A stretch of 64,000 nt of DNA from an uncultured bacterium (GTDB lineage Bacteria > Oederibacteriota > PGYV01 > CAWJRG01), in the NCBI GenBank assembly GCA_963845185.1, contig CAWJRG010000010.1, positions 192,001 through 256,000 of the forward strand, read 5' to 3'. How positions within the stretch are numbered: position 1 is the first letter of the stretch; every line of letters starts with the position of its first letter. The notes beneath the pieces are model-generated. The model worked only from the letters and a program-made list of their open reading frames with translations, did not search any database and was not told where the DNA came from. Made by a program: the position numbers and the translations under genes. Positions 10,050-20,400 of this stretch are shown one piece after another.

Positions 10050-11369
10050 TCAGACAAAATATTTTACACCGCAGTACTGTATATACATGGAAAGGAGTAA
10101 TAGCACTAAGGCCACCGCATAAAAATACCAGTTCCTCCATATCCTCAACAAGAAGAGCATGAAGGCCAGGACCATAAGTTGAAAATCAAGGCTATAACGT
10201 GAGGCAAACTGCGCCCATCCATTGTTCATTACCATAAATATTGTTATCGCTGTCCCCGCCCCGGAAATTGCTGCGCCAGCCATTACCGTTATATCAGCCT
10301 GGTTTAACGGGCCCTTAATTTTCGCTTTTTTTGTCAGGATACATTTCGCTCCTGCCCAAAAATAGTACGCGGCAGGTATAACAAGGAAGAAAAGGGGCGA
10401 TGCCCATAGGAAACCGAAACCCTTATCATCGAAAAGAAAAAATGGAAACTTCGAACTCACGGTTATAGGCTGTATTACCTCAGTATAAAAATTATATGGT
10501 ATATAAAAAATCGACATATAGCCGTGCTTAACAAAATTTTGCCGCAAATTTGCGGCCATATTATGGTAATTCAGGCCATTGTCAAATATTCTTCCGTCAA
10601 ATCTGGCCGCATTATATGCCATATTCAGCGTCGAAAAGCATATAAAAGGCAGGGCAAGCATAAGTGCGTCCTTAATAGCATATTTTTTCCACTCTTTACC
10701 ACGGTTTTTTATATGGATAGCCGCCAAAAAAAAAGCTGAAAAAACAAGGTCGTTCCTTGTATATATAGCCGCAGAATAAAATAACGACGATAATAAAAGA
10801 ATTGCCGGCGACGTTCCGGAAAGCATAAACAGAATGGATATAAGCAAGAAAGTCTGAGCCATAATCTGGGCGATGAACCAGACTGAGCCAATCATAGACA
10901 TGTAAAAATGCACTGTACCAAAAGCCCAAAATACAGTGAGAAAAAGGATTTCCCCCTGTTTAAGTTTCAGTGCGTACCTTTTTGAAAACAGGAAAAAAAA
11001 CATTGTTATAAGGATGGTGTTCAAAGTCCCAAATAAGGCTGCTATCAGATTATCCTGTGTATCATTGCCGCCGGTGGTAAATGCCATGTAAACTATCGCC
11101 GGTACTGGCGGCCAGCAAAGGTAATATTTTCCCTTGTAAATGGCCAAGTCCTGGATGGTCTTTCCCCCAGCCCTGTCTATATCTAGCCTTCCCTGTTTGA
11201 AAGAAACAGCCATGTTTTTGAAATAATTATTTTCCATACCGCCAGTCCGAAGCTTCCCATATACAAAAAGTCCCGAATAAAAGTGCCAAACCACCACAGA
11301 CAATATTATTATAGTTATAATCAATGTGTAGTTTGCGTCATTCCCTTTTTTATCAACTTTATACATCAT
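10050..11369 (-). CDS. Polytopic membrane protein, probable GT-C-fold glycosyltransferase
   Basis: About 10 hydrophobic helices; DLAIYKGKYYLCWPP loop, YNAARF and GWAQFASRYSLD motifs resemble GT-C-like membrane proteins. Confidence 0.55.
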   Translation of the reverse strand: MMYKVDKKGNDANYTLIITIIILSVVVWHFYSGLFVYGKLRTGGMENNYFKNMAVSFKQGRLDIDRAGGKTIQDLAIYKGKYYLCWPPVPAIVYMAFTTGGNDTQDNLIAALFGTLNTILITMFFFLFSKRYALKLKQGEILFLTVFWAFGTVHFYMSMIGSVWFIAQIMAQTFLLISILFMLSGTSPAILLLSSLFYSAAIYTRNDLVFSAFFLAAIHIKNRGKEWKKYAIKDALMLALPFICFSTLNMAYNAARFDGRIFDNGLNYHNMAANLRQNFVKHGYMSIFYIPYNFYTEVIQPITVSSKFPFFLFDDKGFGFLWASPLFFLVIPAAYYFWAGAKCILTKKAKIKGPLNQADITVMAGAAISGAGTAITIFMVMNNGWAQFASRYSLDFQLMVLAFMLFLLRIWRNWYFYAVALVLLLLSMYIQYCGVKYFV

Positions 11370-11433
11370 TGAATTTTCCTTTTAAATGCAGATTTTCTTA
11401 CTTACGGTCCCACTTTTTATCCATAAATACAAA

Positions 11434-13704
11434 TTAATTCTGTATCAATCCATAAGCCGGCACTATTTCCAGCTCGTTCTGCCCCGGTTTTACCCAGAAA
11501 AATTGAATCTTGTTGCTGTTTAACGGCCTGTAACTTAAAGTTATCTTGTGGATACCCTTCTCAAGCTCGGTCTTCGCAATATTCTGAAGTTTATTTCCTT
11601 CGGACTCAAGCACGTTTTTTCCGTCTATTTCAACCTTAAAATAATCATCACTCCTGATTCGTATTGAATATTCACCCTGCACATCTGCCGCCACTATCCC
11701 ATGCCATATTATTGCCTTTACCTGTCCTTCCGGAAAACTCTTAAGTGACCCGCTGTAAAATATAATCGGGTCAAAACCGCTAAGTATTGGCTTGCCGGTA
11801 CAGGAAATATCGCTATAATAATCCACGGTAAATCCTGAAGTCTTTTTCAAATTATTATATCGCACTGCTTCCGAATAAGGCACTTCATAGGAAAAAAATA
11901 AAAGGTTTCCAGTTTGCCCGTAAAATGGCTTGTAAATCCCGTTTGGATACATTTTTTTCATAACCGGCACTAACGGCTCATAATCAGGCGTAATAATATA
12001 TACGGTATTTTTTCCGTCGTTTGATTCTGCTGGAAAATTCACTCCCGGCACAAATGCTCCGTACTGTATTTTTTTGTCTTCAAGCATTATTGCATCAATT
12101 TCCACCCATTGAAAATATTGCGAAGTGTGGTCAAGATAATCCTGAGGAAATACGCCGCGCCACTGATTCCCGAGCTTCAGTAAATAATTGGCGGATTTGT
12201 ATTCAGCCATGTCAAATGACACGTCCGCAATTATGTTTTTAAAATGCTTGTTAAACATATTGTTGTAATTTTGCAGGCATGCGGCGGCAAGGAGTAGCAC
12301 AAAAACCATTATGAAAAAATCTCTAATATCTTTGCCATATTGTTCCCGCAAATGGGAATACGCCCTGCTTACGAACACAACGCTGAAAATCACCGAAAAA
12401 GGCAAAGATAGTATTGAGCGCGGTGCGTGCGGTGCGTCCATAAAGAAAGCAGCTGAGAACATAAAAACAAAGAACATCGAAAGCGTGATCAGCGAAAATG
12501 GTGACATGGCAAGCGCCCTGTAAATAAGATACCCGAACCCTAGTACCGCAAAAATCCCTGTAAAAAAATCAATCATTGGCATGCCCGGCACATTATAAAT
12601 TATGTTCATGTCACCTTTTTGATTGAACATAAGCCATTGCCTGCCGCAACTTTCCAGATATACCTGCAGTTCTGATTTTTTACGATTTTCCGACAGCACA
12701 TCGAAATTTGGCCCATAGTAAATGTGCAAAATTTTTGCCCTCGCAATATAGTCCGAAAAATTATGCAACACATAATTCGCCAAAGGCAACAGTGTTATTA
12801 TACAAATCGCAACGGCCGCAATAAATTTCCAGACATTTTTCCGGTAATAATCATGATCCCTGACAAATATTAAAAGGCCTGTTGCAAGCACAGCAAAAGG
12901 TATGGATTTTGCGGCATTATAAGTATACTGGCACAGGCCGAAAACCAAGCCGAACATTAAAAAATCAAATAATTTTTTTCCCCTGTAAATCCTATATAAA
13001 TAATACATCAATAAAAATAGAAAAAGTGTTGAAAAACCGACACAATAAACGAATCGGCTGAAAGTCGCGTGGTATCTCATAAAGGCCATGAGAAATCCTC
13101 CAACGACTGCCATTTCTGGGCCGAACAAATACCTTATTAAAAAATAAAAGGCAATTACCGCGAGAGTACACATGAACGCCGTGGAAATCCTTGCCTGAGT
13201 GATTCCAGGCCCGATAATCCTGAATATAAAACCGTTAATGTATGAATAAACAGCCGGATTTTCCCAAAGGAAACCATTAATAAAAACTGGCAGTTTTGAA
13301 TTTCCTCCTACAGGCTGCTGTCCGTGCGACAAAGCATAAGCATCCATAACCGCCTCGCCCTCGTCCCTATTCATCCCTGGCGGTGCTGTATCAATGGAAT
13401 AGAACCTGAAAAAAATGCAGACTGCCATTATCAGGATAAAGAAAAATATTTCCGTTTTCCTTTTCATCCCCTGCTCATCGGCCTTGTTTTTTATTTTGGG
13501 GTTGTCATAAATATCCCATTTGTTCTTTGCTGAAATATCGGCTACGACAAATATAACGATTGCAATAAAAAATAAAATTATTCCAGGCATAGTTTTTTTT
13601 AGGCCATACATCTGAAATTGTCCCAAAAAAGCAATAATTAAAGAAATAAAAGTCAACCTGAAAGGTCCTGCCTGTTTTATGACTTTTGCGACAATTTCTT
13701 TCAA
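11434..13704 (-). CDS. ArnT/PMT-like GT-C glycosyltransferase with C-terminal PA14 domain
   Basis: RFYSIDTAPPGMNRDE (DE motif after the first TM segments), many TMs, C-terminal WHG..GEYSIRIRSDD..VEIDG..LEKGIHKITLSY (PA14-like). Confidence 0.75.
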   Translation of the reverse strand: MKEIVAKVIKQAGPFRLTFISLIIAFLGQFQMYGLKKTMPGIILFFIAIVIFVVADISAKNKWDIYDNPKIKNKADEQGMKRKTEIFFFILIMAVCIFFRFYSIDTAPPGMNRDEGEAVMDAYALSHGQQPVGGNSKLPVFINGFLWENPAVYSYINGFIFRIIGPGITQARISTAFMCTLAVIAFYFLIRYLFGPEMAVVGGFLMAFMRYHATFSRFVYCVGFSTLFLFLLMYYLYRIYRGKKLFDFLMFGLVFGLCQYTYNAAKSIPFAVLATGLLIFVRDHDYYRKNVWKFIAAVAICIITLLPLANYVLHNFSDYIARAKILHIYYGPNFDVLSENRKKSELQVYLESCGRQWLMFNQKGDMNIIYNVPGMPMIDFFTGIFAVLGFGYLIYRALAMSPFSLITLSMFFVFMFSAAFFMDAPHAPRSILSLPFSVIFSVVFVSRAYSHLREQYGKDIRDFFIMVFVLLLAAACLQNYNNMFNKHFKNIIADVSFDMAEYKSANYLLKLGNQWRGVFPQDYLDHTSQYFQWVEIDAIMLEDKKIQYGAFVPGVNFPAESNDGKNTVYIITPDYEPLVPVMKKMYPNGIYKPFYGQTGNLLFFSYEVPYSEAVRYNNLKKTSGFTVDYYSDISCTGKPILSGFDPIIFYSGSLKSFPEGQVKAIIWHGIVAADVQGEYSIRIRSDDYFKVEIDGKNVLESEGNKLQNIAKTELEKGIHKITLSYRPLNSNKIQFFWVKPGQNELEIVPAYGLIQN

Positions 13705-13862
13705 ATCAATTTACCCCGCTTGTATTAGCCTAATATCCGTCATATCAAAACCAACTGACCTATTTGATCATTAATTGTACTCCCAAAAATATTTAAATCA
13801 AGAAAAATGGTTTTAAAGGTATATTATCCCCCCATTTTATAATTTTAAAACATCCCCCATAA

Positions 13863-16800
13863 TTACTTTAGTATAATAAACTTCCCTACCGCAGGCTTTT
13901 CTGCCTTGCCCTGGTTGTCTGTTATGATTACATAATAATAAGTCCCGCTGCTTAAACCCTCAAGTTGCGTCGCGTCGCATCTTACATAGCCCTGCAGAAT
14001 AATCTGCTGCATTTGGGCCTCTTCGAAAACATATTGCCTTACCAGCCTGAACGATATCGTATATATTTTTACCGTTACCTTGTCTGTTCCCACAGGGAAA
14101 TTATAGCTTATTATAAAATCAGATATTTTCTTCGGATTTATCGGGTTGGGATAAAGTTTTATACTGTTCTGCGAAGGTGTTGCAGTTGCAGTTAACGTAG
14201 CACTTACCACGGTCCACGTAGCACTCGCCGTAGGCGTACTTGTGACAGTCAGGACCTGAGGCGTCCGGCTGGATGTCGCTGTTACAGTTAATGTTAACGC
14301 GGCACTTGGCACGGTGCACGTAGCACTCACAGAAGATGTGACCGTTTCTGTTGACGTTGAACTGGGTGTTATGGTGCACGTCACACTTGCTGTTGATGTT
14401 GCAGTTGACGTAGCACTTGCAGTAACAGTGAGCGTAGTCGAAGCTGTAGCAGTTGCCGTGCTTGTCGGCGTTATGGTCCACGACAGTATTATATTCGTTG
14501 ATGTAACGGTTATGGTGCATGTCGGCGTTGCCGAGACGACAGGCGTGCTTGTCTGGGTATCTGTATAAGTAAGAGTGGGGTTTGGGGTAAAACTGGGGGT
14601 CGGGGTCAGGGTTGCTGTTTTGGACACCGTAGCTGTATTTGTTTGCGAAGGTGTCAGCGTAGGCGAAGGAGACAGTGTATTTGTTTTCGAAGGCGTCAAA
14701 GTCGGGCTCATGACCCGGGTCGCTGTAATTGATGCCGTCGGTGTTGCGCAGTGTCGCGTAAACATGACGTCGTCAATGTATATGTCCTGGGTAACGTCTT
14801 GCAGGCCCGAAATGTAAAAGGTGATTTCGTTTACTTCAGTCATATTTATGCCTGTGAATACCGACAAAGGTATGTCAACTTTCTGCCATGTTGTTGTGAT
14901 TCCGCCCGGCAGATAAGTGTCCACTGCAGGAACCTGCATCGGGCTGCCAACGCCCGTGGAATCTGTCAGCTCCACGAACATGTAATTCATGTTCCCCGAG
15001 GTTGTCCTTACCCAGAATTCCAGCGTGTCATAAGCGCTCAGGTTATAGTTGCCTATGCCCGACCAGCCAAAATCAAACAGTCCCCACCAATTTGTAAAAT
15101 TAAAGGTCAGGTCAAGCCCTTTTGTCCCGTTGTGGGCAGCTGCAGCGGTTTCCGTGGCTGATGTGCCTGCATAGTACCAGGTCCAGCCATTGGACAGGTT
15201 TACATTGCCTGACCCTGTCTCGCCGTTATACGCCACAATGCTGGCACAGGCAGTAGGCGCTGTTGTAGGGCTGAAAGTTGCCGTTGGTATTGGCGTATTT
15301 GTAGGCGTAAATGTCGGCGTGCTGCCGTTTGGCACAAAATCAAATACAGTTATCGAATACGATGGGAAGTTGTAGGAAAAGCTTGTGCCTGCAGAGCTGA
15401 ATACGGCCTGAGTGGGCGGAGTGTTCGGCGATGCATGGTATGGCTGTGCAGTCGTGGTGAGCCACTGGTAATTTAGCGAGTTGTATGAATACGTGTTTGC
15501 CGATGCCTGCGGAGTGAATCCTGCGACCTGCACTGTCGTGGTATAGGCATTGTTCGGGTCCTTATTTACCACAATCAGCGACAGATGTCCGTCAGGCCTC
15601 ATGTCAGCGTAACCGACAAGGGGGCTTGCCGTGCTTGTGCAATAAACCATTGTGTGGCTGCGTGAGTCGTTTGCTATTGCCCAGTCAACTGAAATCATCT
15701 GCATTCCGTAGTAACTGGCATACGGCAGGTACTGGTAAGGGCCCGGCGAGTTGTCAAACATTCCCAGGTTGCCGCAGGTTGAGCAGTACATTGGCGAGCC
15801 TGTCTGGTTGCCTCCGCCGACAACCGTGAACTGGTTTGCCCATGCCCTGGGGCCCAGGTAATTTATGTACTGGCCCAGCCAGTCAACAAAGAACAGTGCG
15901 TTGGCAAGCCTTACCGTTATATTTGAACCGCTTGAATCCGAGTTGTATTCCGACATCACCACAGGCAATGAAGATGCATTCGGTATTCCTGTCGTGCCTG
16001 AATTTATCGCTGCTGTGCTCGCGCCCCATGTAGACGATGCGGCCAGGGCGCCGGCTTCAGTGCCGTCGCCCGGGTACATATGGATGCTGACGCCTCCAAG
16101 CGCGGCACCCATGCCTCCCGATATGAGCCTCTGTGAAAAATCCTGGATATAAGTATCTGTGTTCAGGTTGTTGGCTGAGCTTGTCGGCCCGTAAACGGGC
16201 CCCAAAAGCTTTACGTTTGGGTCCACTGCAATCATGGCATTGTAGTATTCTATGAACCTGCGTCCGTAATCAGTGGCGCTGAGTGGCCCGCCGATTTCCC
16301 AGTTCCCGCCCAGCTCGTTGCCGATTTCCCAGTATTTGATGTTGTATTGCTTCACTATGTTTGCGTAATGCACCCATGCAGCTGCTTCCTGCGGCGAGCC
16401 TGTGCCGAAATTAAGAATGATAATGGGCTGGGCCGGCGGGTTAAACGAGCGGCAAAAAGACATGAATTCCTCAAAATCCATGTTTATTGGCGATGCCCAT
16501 GCGCTGGCAGGAACTGTGCTCGAGACCGTGGCGCCTGTAGAGCCCAGAGTTATCTGCGTGGTGCCGTTAAAGAGCTTCATTTCTGCCACGGAATACGCGC
16601 CGCCCGCGCCTGCAGAACTTGAAAGCATGAGAATGCGTATGTAATCTGATGTCACAGAATTAAAATTTACTGTCTGCGCCCCGCCTGTGCCCGCGACGGT
16701 CCCTGCCGAGGTATCAGCCCACTGGTTTGACGTTGCCTCCCATGGATAAGGCCAGGAATATCCTGTCCAGTACTGCACTTTAAATGATGTTGCATAAGGC

Positions 16801-17417
16801 GTGCCCCACCATATCTGGACCTGGTTGACAGCGGCTCCGCCTGTATCCAGGTAAACCCATTGGGCATTGGGAAAGTCTGTGTCTGCGTTTGATGCCCAGG
16901 CTGTAGCCGTATTGCCGTCGGTTATGAGCGACGTGCCTGAAGCCGAGGTGCCGTTGTTTAACGGGGCGGCTATGAATCCGGGGCTGTAATTGGTATTGTC
17001 CGGGACCCAGACGCCGTTGTTATATGACCCTGTGCCGTTCCAGTGGAACCTGTCCCCGTCTGAACCGCCCGGATACCTGTAAAAATTTATGCCTGCCGAC
17101 TTGAGGCTGGGCTGCACTGCCAGATAATCAGCCTCAAAGTTATCCCATGCGGTGTTCGAACCAAATACCTGGGATGGGACAAAAGTATTGACCGTTGTCC
17201 CGGCATTGATGCTGAGCGTAGCAGTGGCTGCGGAAAGGGTGAATGGTATGAGAATTAAAAGGAAAAGGATGCCCAGTCTCAAGTTTTGGGTACCGGGTCC
17301 GGAGTAATTATTTACCCGGGGTTTGGTTGTCAAAACTTTGCACTCACGGGTGCGCCGGCTGGCCATCATAATACTTTCCTCCATAGTTTTTTCAAGCTCC
17401 CTCTTCCCCTCTGCCAA
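13863..17417 (-). CDS. Secreted clan GH-A glycoside hydrolase (GH44/GH51/GH79-like) with inserted F5/8-type CBM, CBM11-like module, Thr-rich linker and type-1 CTD
   Basis: RYPGGS, WEIGNE (acid/base), SEYNS (nucleophile); discoidin-like DGNTATAWAS..QWVYLD; YPNP..SSGTYYYVI..IILK tail. Real start possibly 17369 (GGAGG RBS). Confidence 0.75.
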   Translation of the reverse strand: MAEGKRELEKTMEESIMMASRRTRECKVLTTKPRVNNYSGPGTQNLRLGILFLLILIPFTLSAATATLSINAGTTVNTFVPSQVFGSNTAWDNFEADYLAVQPSLKSAGINFYRYPGGSDGDRFHWNGTGSYNNGVWVPDNTNYSPGFIAAPLNNGTSASGTSLITDGNTATAWASNADTDFPNAQWVYLDTGGAAVNQVQIWWGTPYATSFKVQYWTGYSWPYPWEATSNQWADTSAGTVAGTGGAQTVNFNSVTSDYIRILMLSSSAGAGGAYSVAEMKLFNGTTQITLGSTGATVSSTVPASAWASPINMDFEEFMSFCRSFNPPAQPIIILNFGTGSPQEAAAWVHYANIVKQYNIKYWEIGNELGGNWEIGGPLSATDYGRRFIEYYNAMIAVDPNVKLLGPVYGPTSSANNLNTDTYIQDFSQRLISGGMGAALGGVSIHMYPGDGTEAGALAASSTWGASTAAINSGTTGIPNASSLPVVMSEYNSDSSGSNITVRLANALFFVDWLGQYINYLGPRAWANQFTVVGGGNQTGSPMYCSTCGNLGMFDNSPGPYQYLPYASYYGMQMISVDWAIANDSRSHTMVYCTSTASPLVGYADMRPDGHLSLIVVNKDPNNAYTTTVQVAGFTPQASANTYSYNSLNYQWLTTTAQPYHASPNTPPTQAVFSSAGTSFSYNFPSYSITVFDFVPNGSTPTFTPTNTPIPTATFSPTTAPTACASIVAYNGETGSGNVNLSNGWTWYYAGTSATETAAAAHNGTKGLDLTFNFTNWWGLFDFGWSGIGNYNLSAYDTLEFWVRTTSGNMNYMFVELTDSTGVGSPMQVPAVDTYLPGGITTTWQKVDIPLSVFTGINMTEVNEITFYISGLQDVTQDIYIDDVMFTRHCATPTASITATRVMSPTLTPSKTNTLSPSPTLTPSQTNTATVSKTATLTPTPSFTPNPTLTYTDTQTSTPVVSATPTCTITVTSTNIILSWTITPTSTATATASTTLTVTASATSTATSTASVTCTITPSSTSTETVTSSVSATCTVPSAALTLTVTATSSRTPQVLTVTSTPTASATWTVVSATLTATATPSQNSIKLYPNPINPKKISDFIISYNFPVGTDKVTVKIYTISFRLVRQYVFEEAQMQQIILQGYVRCDATQLEGLSSGTYYYVIITDNQGKAEKPAVGKFIILK

Positions 17418-17427
17418 TAATGCCGTT

Positions 17428-20400
17428 TCACTTCAATATTATCAGCTTATCCGCCTGTGACATTTGTGTTTTCCCGTTATTGTCTGTTATGATTACATAA
17501 TAATAAGTCCCGCTGCTTAAACCCTGAATCTGTGTCGCGTCGCACCTTACATAACCCTGCATGATAATCTGCTGCAATTGGGCTTCCTCAAAAACATACT
17601 GCTTCACCAGCCTGTAAGATACTGTATATATTTTTACAGTTACCCTGTCAATCCCCTGAGTAAAATTATAACTTATCGTTAAATACGGTATTTTCCCCGG
17701 ATTTATCGGATTCGGATACGGCTTAGGCTTTGTCTGCGGCGGTGTTGCAGTTGCAGTTAACGTAGCACTTACCACGGTCCACGTAGCACTCGCCGTAGCC
17801 GTGCTTGTTGCGCTTGGTATTTGCGGGGTCTGGCTGTTTGTAAAAGTTGCGGTCATTGCCGGGCTTAATGTCAACGTTGCCGTTATGGTCATTGTACCTG
17901 TTACGGTTAAACTGAAAGTCGGGGATAATGTATTTGTTGCCGTGCCTGTAAACGAAACAGTCACGGTTTGCGTGGGGCTTTCACTCATCGTCAATGTAGG
18001 TGAAGCCGTAAAACTCGGTGTCACCGAACTTGTGGCTGTTGCTGTAAGCGTGATTGTCAGCGTTGGCGTTATTGTCCAGGACAGGATTATATTTGTCGGA
18101 GACATGGTTATTGTATATGTCGGCGTGGCTGACACAATTGGTGTATCGGTTTCTGTTGTTGTGCCTGTTGCAGTCAGCGTGGGCGTCACGCTGTAAGTCA
18201 ATGTCACTGTCGCGGTATCTGAAGGAGTCGTTGTAAATGTCATTGAAGGAGAAGGCGTATAAGTCAGTGTCGCTGTGCTTGTAGCCGTAGCTGTCTGCGT
18301 GCAGCTGAAAGTGATTGTGCGTGTAGGTGTATTTGTTCCCGTTGCCGTAAATGTCGGCGTATTAGTCGCGGACAGTATTACAACAGTGAATGTCATTGTT
18401 ATTGTATAAGTTGGCGTTTGGCTTGCCGTCAAAGTCCATGTTGCCGTGGCTGTGGCAGTCGCGGACGGGCTCGCTGTAAACGTCGGCGTAACAGTCGCTG
18501 TATATGTCAATGTAATGCTGAAAGTCGGGGATGCTGAATTGGTTGCCGTGCCCGTAAATGTGGCAGTAGCTGTCTTCGTCGGGCTCGCGCTCGGCGTCCA
18601 CGTAGGAGTCGCCGTAGGCGTATCTGTAGTTGTTGCCGAAGGAGACCATGTCGGCGTATTTGTACCCGTGACAGTGAAGCTCGGCGTATTTGACCATGTT
18701 GGCGTGGCTGTCGGCGTAATTGTATGCGTGGGCGTTATTGTCCATGACAGGACTATATTCGTCGGAGTCATGGTTATTGTATATGTAGGCGTGGCTGACA
18801 CGATTGGCGTATAGGTTTCTGTTGTTGTGGCTGTTGCAGTCAGCGTGGGTGTCGCGCTGTAGGTCAATGTTGACGTCAAGGTCGGGCTTGCAGTCATTGT
18901 ATTTGTCCGCGTTATCGTGCTTGTCGGCGTCGGCGAGTATGAAGGCGTAGAAGTAACGGTGCAGGTAAAAGTCAGCGTTATTGTAAGTGTTTTTGTCCCT
19001 GTTGCTGTAACTGTCAAGCTTGGAGTCGCGCTCGGCGTGGCGCTGCTTGTCCCTGTCAGGGTCAATGTTGCGGTAGAGCTTACGCTTGGCGTCCATGTCG
19101 GTGTATTTGTCCTCGTAGCCGTAATTGTAGGCGTGGTCGTCCCGCTTATTGTCAGTGTTTGTGTCGCTGTAACTGTTGCGCTTGGCGTGGCGCTGCTTGT
19201 CCCTGTCAGGGTCAATGTTGCAGTAGGGCTTGCGCTTGGCGTCCACGTCGGCGTATTTGTCCTCGTAGCCGTAATTGTAGGCGTGATTGTCCCGCTTATC
19301 GTCAATGTCTGTGTCAGTGTCTGGGAATTTGTCGCTGACGGTGTAGCTGTCAGTGTCCATGTCAGTGTATTTGTCCTCGTTGCCGTAATTGTCGGCGTGG
19401 TCGTGCCGCTTATCGTTAGTGTTGGACTCGTCGTCTGCGAATTTGTCGCGGTAATTGTCTCCGAAGGAGTAGCCGTAGCCGAAGGCGAAGGAGACCTTGT
19501 CCCTGTCGCTGTTCCTGTCATGCTCGGTGTAGCAGTCATAGTAGGGCTGCTTGTCCTTGTCACAGTCGCAGTTTGTGTGTAGCTTGCTGTTAAAGTCCTT
19601 GTAGCTGTGTTTGTGATTGTCGGCGTATTTGTCGGTGTCGGCAGTAACGGCAATATCTGTATCGCGTTTATCAGGCCGTTATTCACTGACGCGGACCATG
19701 TCATTATAAGCTGCGCCGATGTGACGCTGGCCGTGAAAGTCACGTCAAACGCGTAATCCGAGCCTACTTTCGCGTAAATATCAAGGTTGTTTACTACTGT
19801 CACGCCCTGCGCAGTCACGCTGAAAATCCTCGAGCCCGACGATGTAAAATATGTCTCTGCGAACTTCAACGTAACCTGGTATGTGCCGTTTGGTATGTCA
19901 AATTCATAGGAAAAAGCTCCGTTCCTTTCGGTTTGGTATAAAGTCGGGTCAGTTGTTCCGCCTATTGCAATAGCTCCCCTGTTTGCCGTTGCGCCGGCTG
20001 TATATCCCCAGCCGCCCGTGGTATAAGCCTGGTCAGCGTTCCATGTATTTCCTGCAGCGTCAACATAAGCCGGCCCGCCGCAATTCACCCTTATGGCTGT
20101 GATTGCCGGGGTTGGTGTTATGGTAACGGTTGGCGTTATAGTCGGGCTTTGCGTCGCGCTTAAAACCGGCGATATTGTGCTTGTCAGCGTAATTGTACGG
20201 GATGGCGTGGCTGAAACAACCGGGGTTATTGTCGGCGAATATACAGATACCTTTGTCCGCGTGGCAGTAACCGTGCTTGTCATGGTATATGCAGGCAGGG
20301 CTCCGGTGAACCATATGTCGTCGAAATATATTGTTTTTGTACCGGGGTTGTCAAACTGGAACCCCACGCTCTGTATAGCCTTCAAATCAAATGTGTTATT

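Noticed and set aside
9943..10140. Overlapping N-terminal extension of ORF 8950-10140
   Set aside because: It overlaps the 3' end of the upstream membrane-protein gene; the signal-peptide-like sequence begins at GTG 9942.
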